Shown here piece by piece: positions 62,066 to 64,000 of a stretch of DNA of 64,000 nt. The first letter of the stretch is position 1. Every line of letters begins with the position of its first letter. Origin of the DNA: Octopus sinensis (Eukaryota); the NCBI RefSeq assembly GCF_006345805.1, contig NC_042997.1:156426001-156490000 (forward strand), read 5' to 3'. A program made the translations under genes and the position numbers. Below the pieces are notes generated by a model. It was given only the letters and a program-made list of their open reading frames with translations. It ran no database searches and had not been told where the DNA came from.

Positions 62066-62695
62066 ACCACTTTTGTTCTTAAATTTCTGTGAAGCATAAA
62101 TGGAATGTTTTATAATTTCAATTTCTTAACGAAAAACAAACACTAGTAACTGTTGCTTGCCACTAATTGCAGTTTAGTAATTTCTCGTTCAGCTAGATTA
62201 CCCAACATTGTTCTAACAATAAAACTCCTAAATAATAATCACTACTATCACATAAAAAAAACCTGAATTTTATTGAAAACAGTTTCTTCATCCTTTTTTG
62301 CTTTCTTTTTTTTTCGTTTCAAGATGATTGTCTTGTTTTGTTCAATTAATTGGAGACTTGTTATTGTCTAGCTTCTAGGTTAACTCTGATTCAACAAGTC
62401 TTTAATCAAAGATTCTTCCTGCTACAATCATGATGTCTTTTTGTTTTACTGTTTATTCTCAGGCAGTGGACCACATTATTTCATACGTCTTTTTTTTAAG
62501 ACATTCAGGTGTAATATCAGGTAGATTTAAGTATTATTTCTATCAGGCCAAGGAACCACATCGATGCCTGGTGAGAGCTGTGATTAAGCAGTGATCACAA
62601 TATCCAGCAGGTGGTAAAGGTTGGGCATGGAGGTGAGAAAGAGATCAAAAATGCTTCAGGAGCCTGTGTGTTAATCAGGAATATGTGGATAATAA

Positions 62696-63118
62696 TAGTG
62701 GCCGATGCCAGCGCCGCCTTGACTGGCTTCTGTGCCAGTGGCACGTGACCTGCTGTGCTTCAGGAGACCTATTGAGTCAAGTACATCAACATCAAAATAA
62801 ATATCAAATGGGGCACGTAAAAAGCACCATCCGAACGTGGCCGATGCCAGCGTCGCCTTGACTGGCTTCTGTGCTGGTGGCACATAAAAAGCACCAACCA
62901 ATCGTGGCCACTACCAGCCTCCCCTGGCACCTGTGCCAGTGGCATGCGAAAAGCACCCACTACACTGACGAAGTGGTTGGCATTAGGAAGGGCATCCAGC
63001 TGTAGAAACACTGCCAGATCAGACTGGAGCCTGGTGCAGCCTCCTGGCTTCCCAGACCCCAGTCAAACCATCCAACCTGTGCTAGCATGGAAAACGGACA
63101 TTAAACGATGATGATGAT
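62696..63118 (+). mobile_element. RTE 3' UTR fragment, same subtype as 10494-10898
   Basis: cctgctgtgctt-aggagacctattgagtcaagtacatcaacatc, subunit array, (GAT)n. Confidence 0.9.
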
Positions 63119-63534
63119 GTTGCAGAGAGTCATTTATGGCAGTATATTCAACTTTGGTGCAGTCTTGATATGAGATACATAAAAAGCCAAGATGATTTGG
63201 GAACACTGAAGTTACCAAGGTTGATGATTCCAACAAGAGAAGGGAAGTGAGATAGATGTTGTTGATGTAAAATGAGATAGTGCCTCAAAGTTATTGGTTG
63301 GGGAAGGTTATAGAGCAGTATACAGCATTAGAAACACAATTATTTGGTTCAAATACTTTTAATGAATGCCTTAAATTTATTCAACATAGGACTGGCAGGA
63401 TGAGATTACTATACTTGTCCTTCTACCTACCAAACTGTAGTTACATTTTACTTCATCACAAAATAGTCTTATAGGTTTCATTGAATTTTCCCGATAATGA
63501 AAAGTGGTCTAATTTGAAATTTACAACTAAATCA

Positions 63535-64000
63535 TCATAATCATCATCATCCTCATTTAACGTCCACTTTCCAGGCAGTACTGGCAATGGCCATGCTCAA
63601 ATGGTACTTTTTATGTGCCACCTGCACAGGAGCCAGTCCAGCGGCACTGGCAATGACCTCGCTCGAATGTTTTTTCATGTGCAACCAGTACAAGTGCCAG
63701 TAAGGTGATGCAGGTAACGATCACACTTGAATGGTGCTTTTTACATGCCACCGGCACAGAGGCCAGCTTGTTGCTCTGGCAATGATCATGCTCGGATGGT
63801 GCTCTTAGTGCTCCACTAGCACGGATGCAAGTCATCGAATTTGATTTTGATTTCGATTTCGATTTCACTTGCTTCAGCAGGTCTTAGCAAGCAGAGTTTA
63901 GTGTCCAATGAAGGAAAGTTATGCATAAGTGGGCTGGTTACACCCCTGGCATAGGCCACAAGGTTATAGTTTCACTTGTGCTTACCAAGTCTTTTCAAGC
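63535..64000 (-). mobile_element. RTE 3' UTR fragment running off the window
   Basis: Reverse complement of 2880-3260 with an internal deletion before the (CAT)n tail. Confidence 0.88.

Overview
AT-rich, repeat-dense eukaryotic genomic DNA, intronic or intergenic. The SINE and LINE families I recognise point to an octopus (coleoid cephalopod) genome; this is inference from repeat content, not a database match. I recognise no host protein-coding gene, rRNA gene, true tRNA gene or CRISPR array. Most ORFs in the supplied track are microsatellite or repeat translations. Supported features: three tRNA-derived SINE families; many 5'-truncated copies of a native RTE LINE with (GAT)n tails; one GC-rich, young-looking RTE-BovB-like fragment; Dong/R4 pieces in (AAT)n tracts; CR1-type 3' ends; several Tc1/mariner and pogo elements; TTAA-flanked piggyBac-like MITEs; a Helentron/HINE-like element; and many microsatellites. 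Most notable: an unclassified ~560-620 bp element that is always associated with (AAT)n and stacks with Dong/R4; the GC-rich RTE fused to a native RTE tail; a heterodimeric SINE under one TSD; a mariner with two 3' ends; an exact 171-bp templated copy; a pre-miRNA-like hairpin; a degenerate hammerhead-like structured element; and weak minus-strand small-exon/microexon candidates. All analysis was by eye, and boundaries without a TSD or TIR are approximate. I found no clear evidence of a wholly new multi-gene system.
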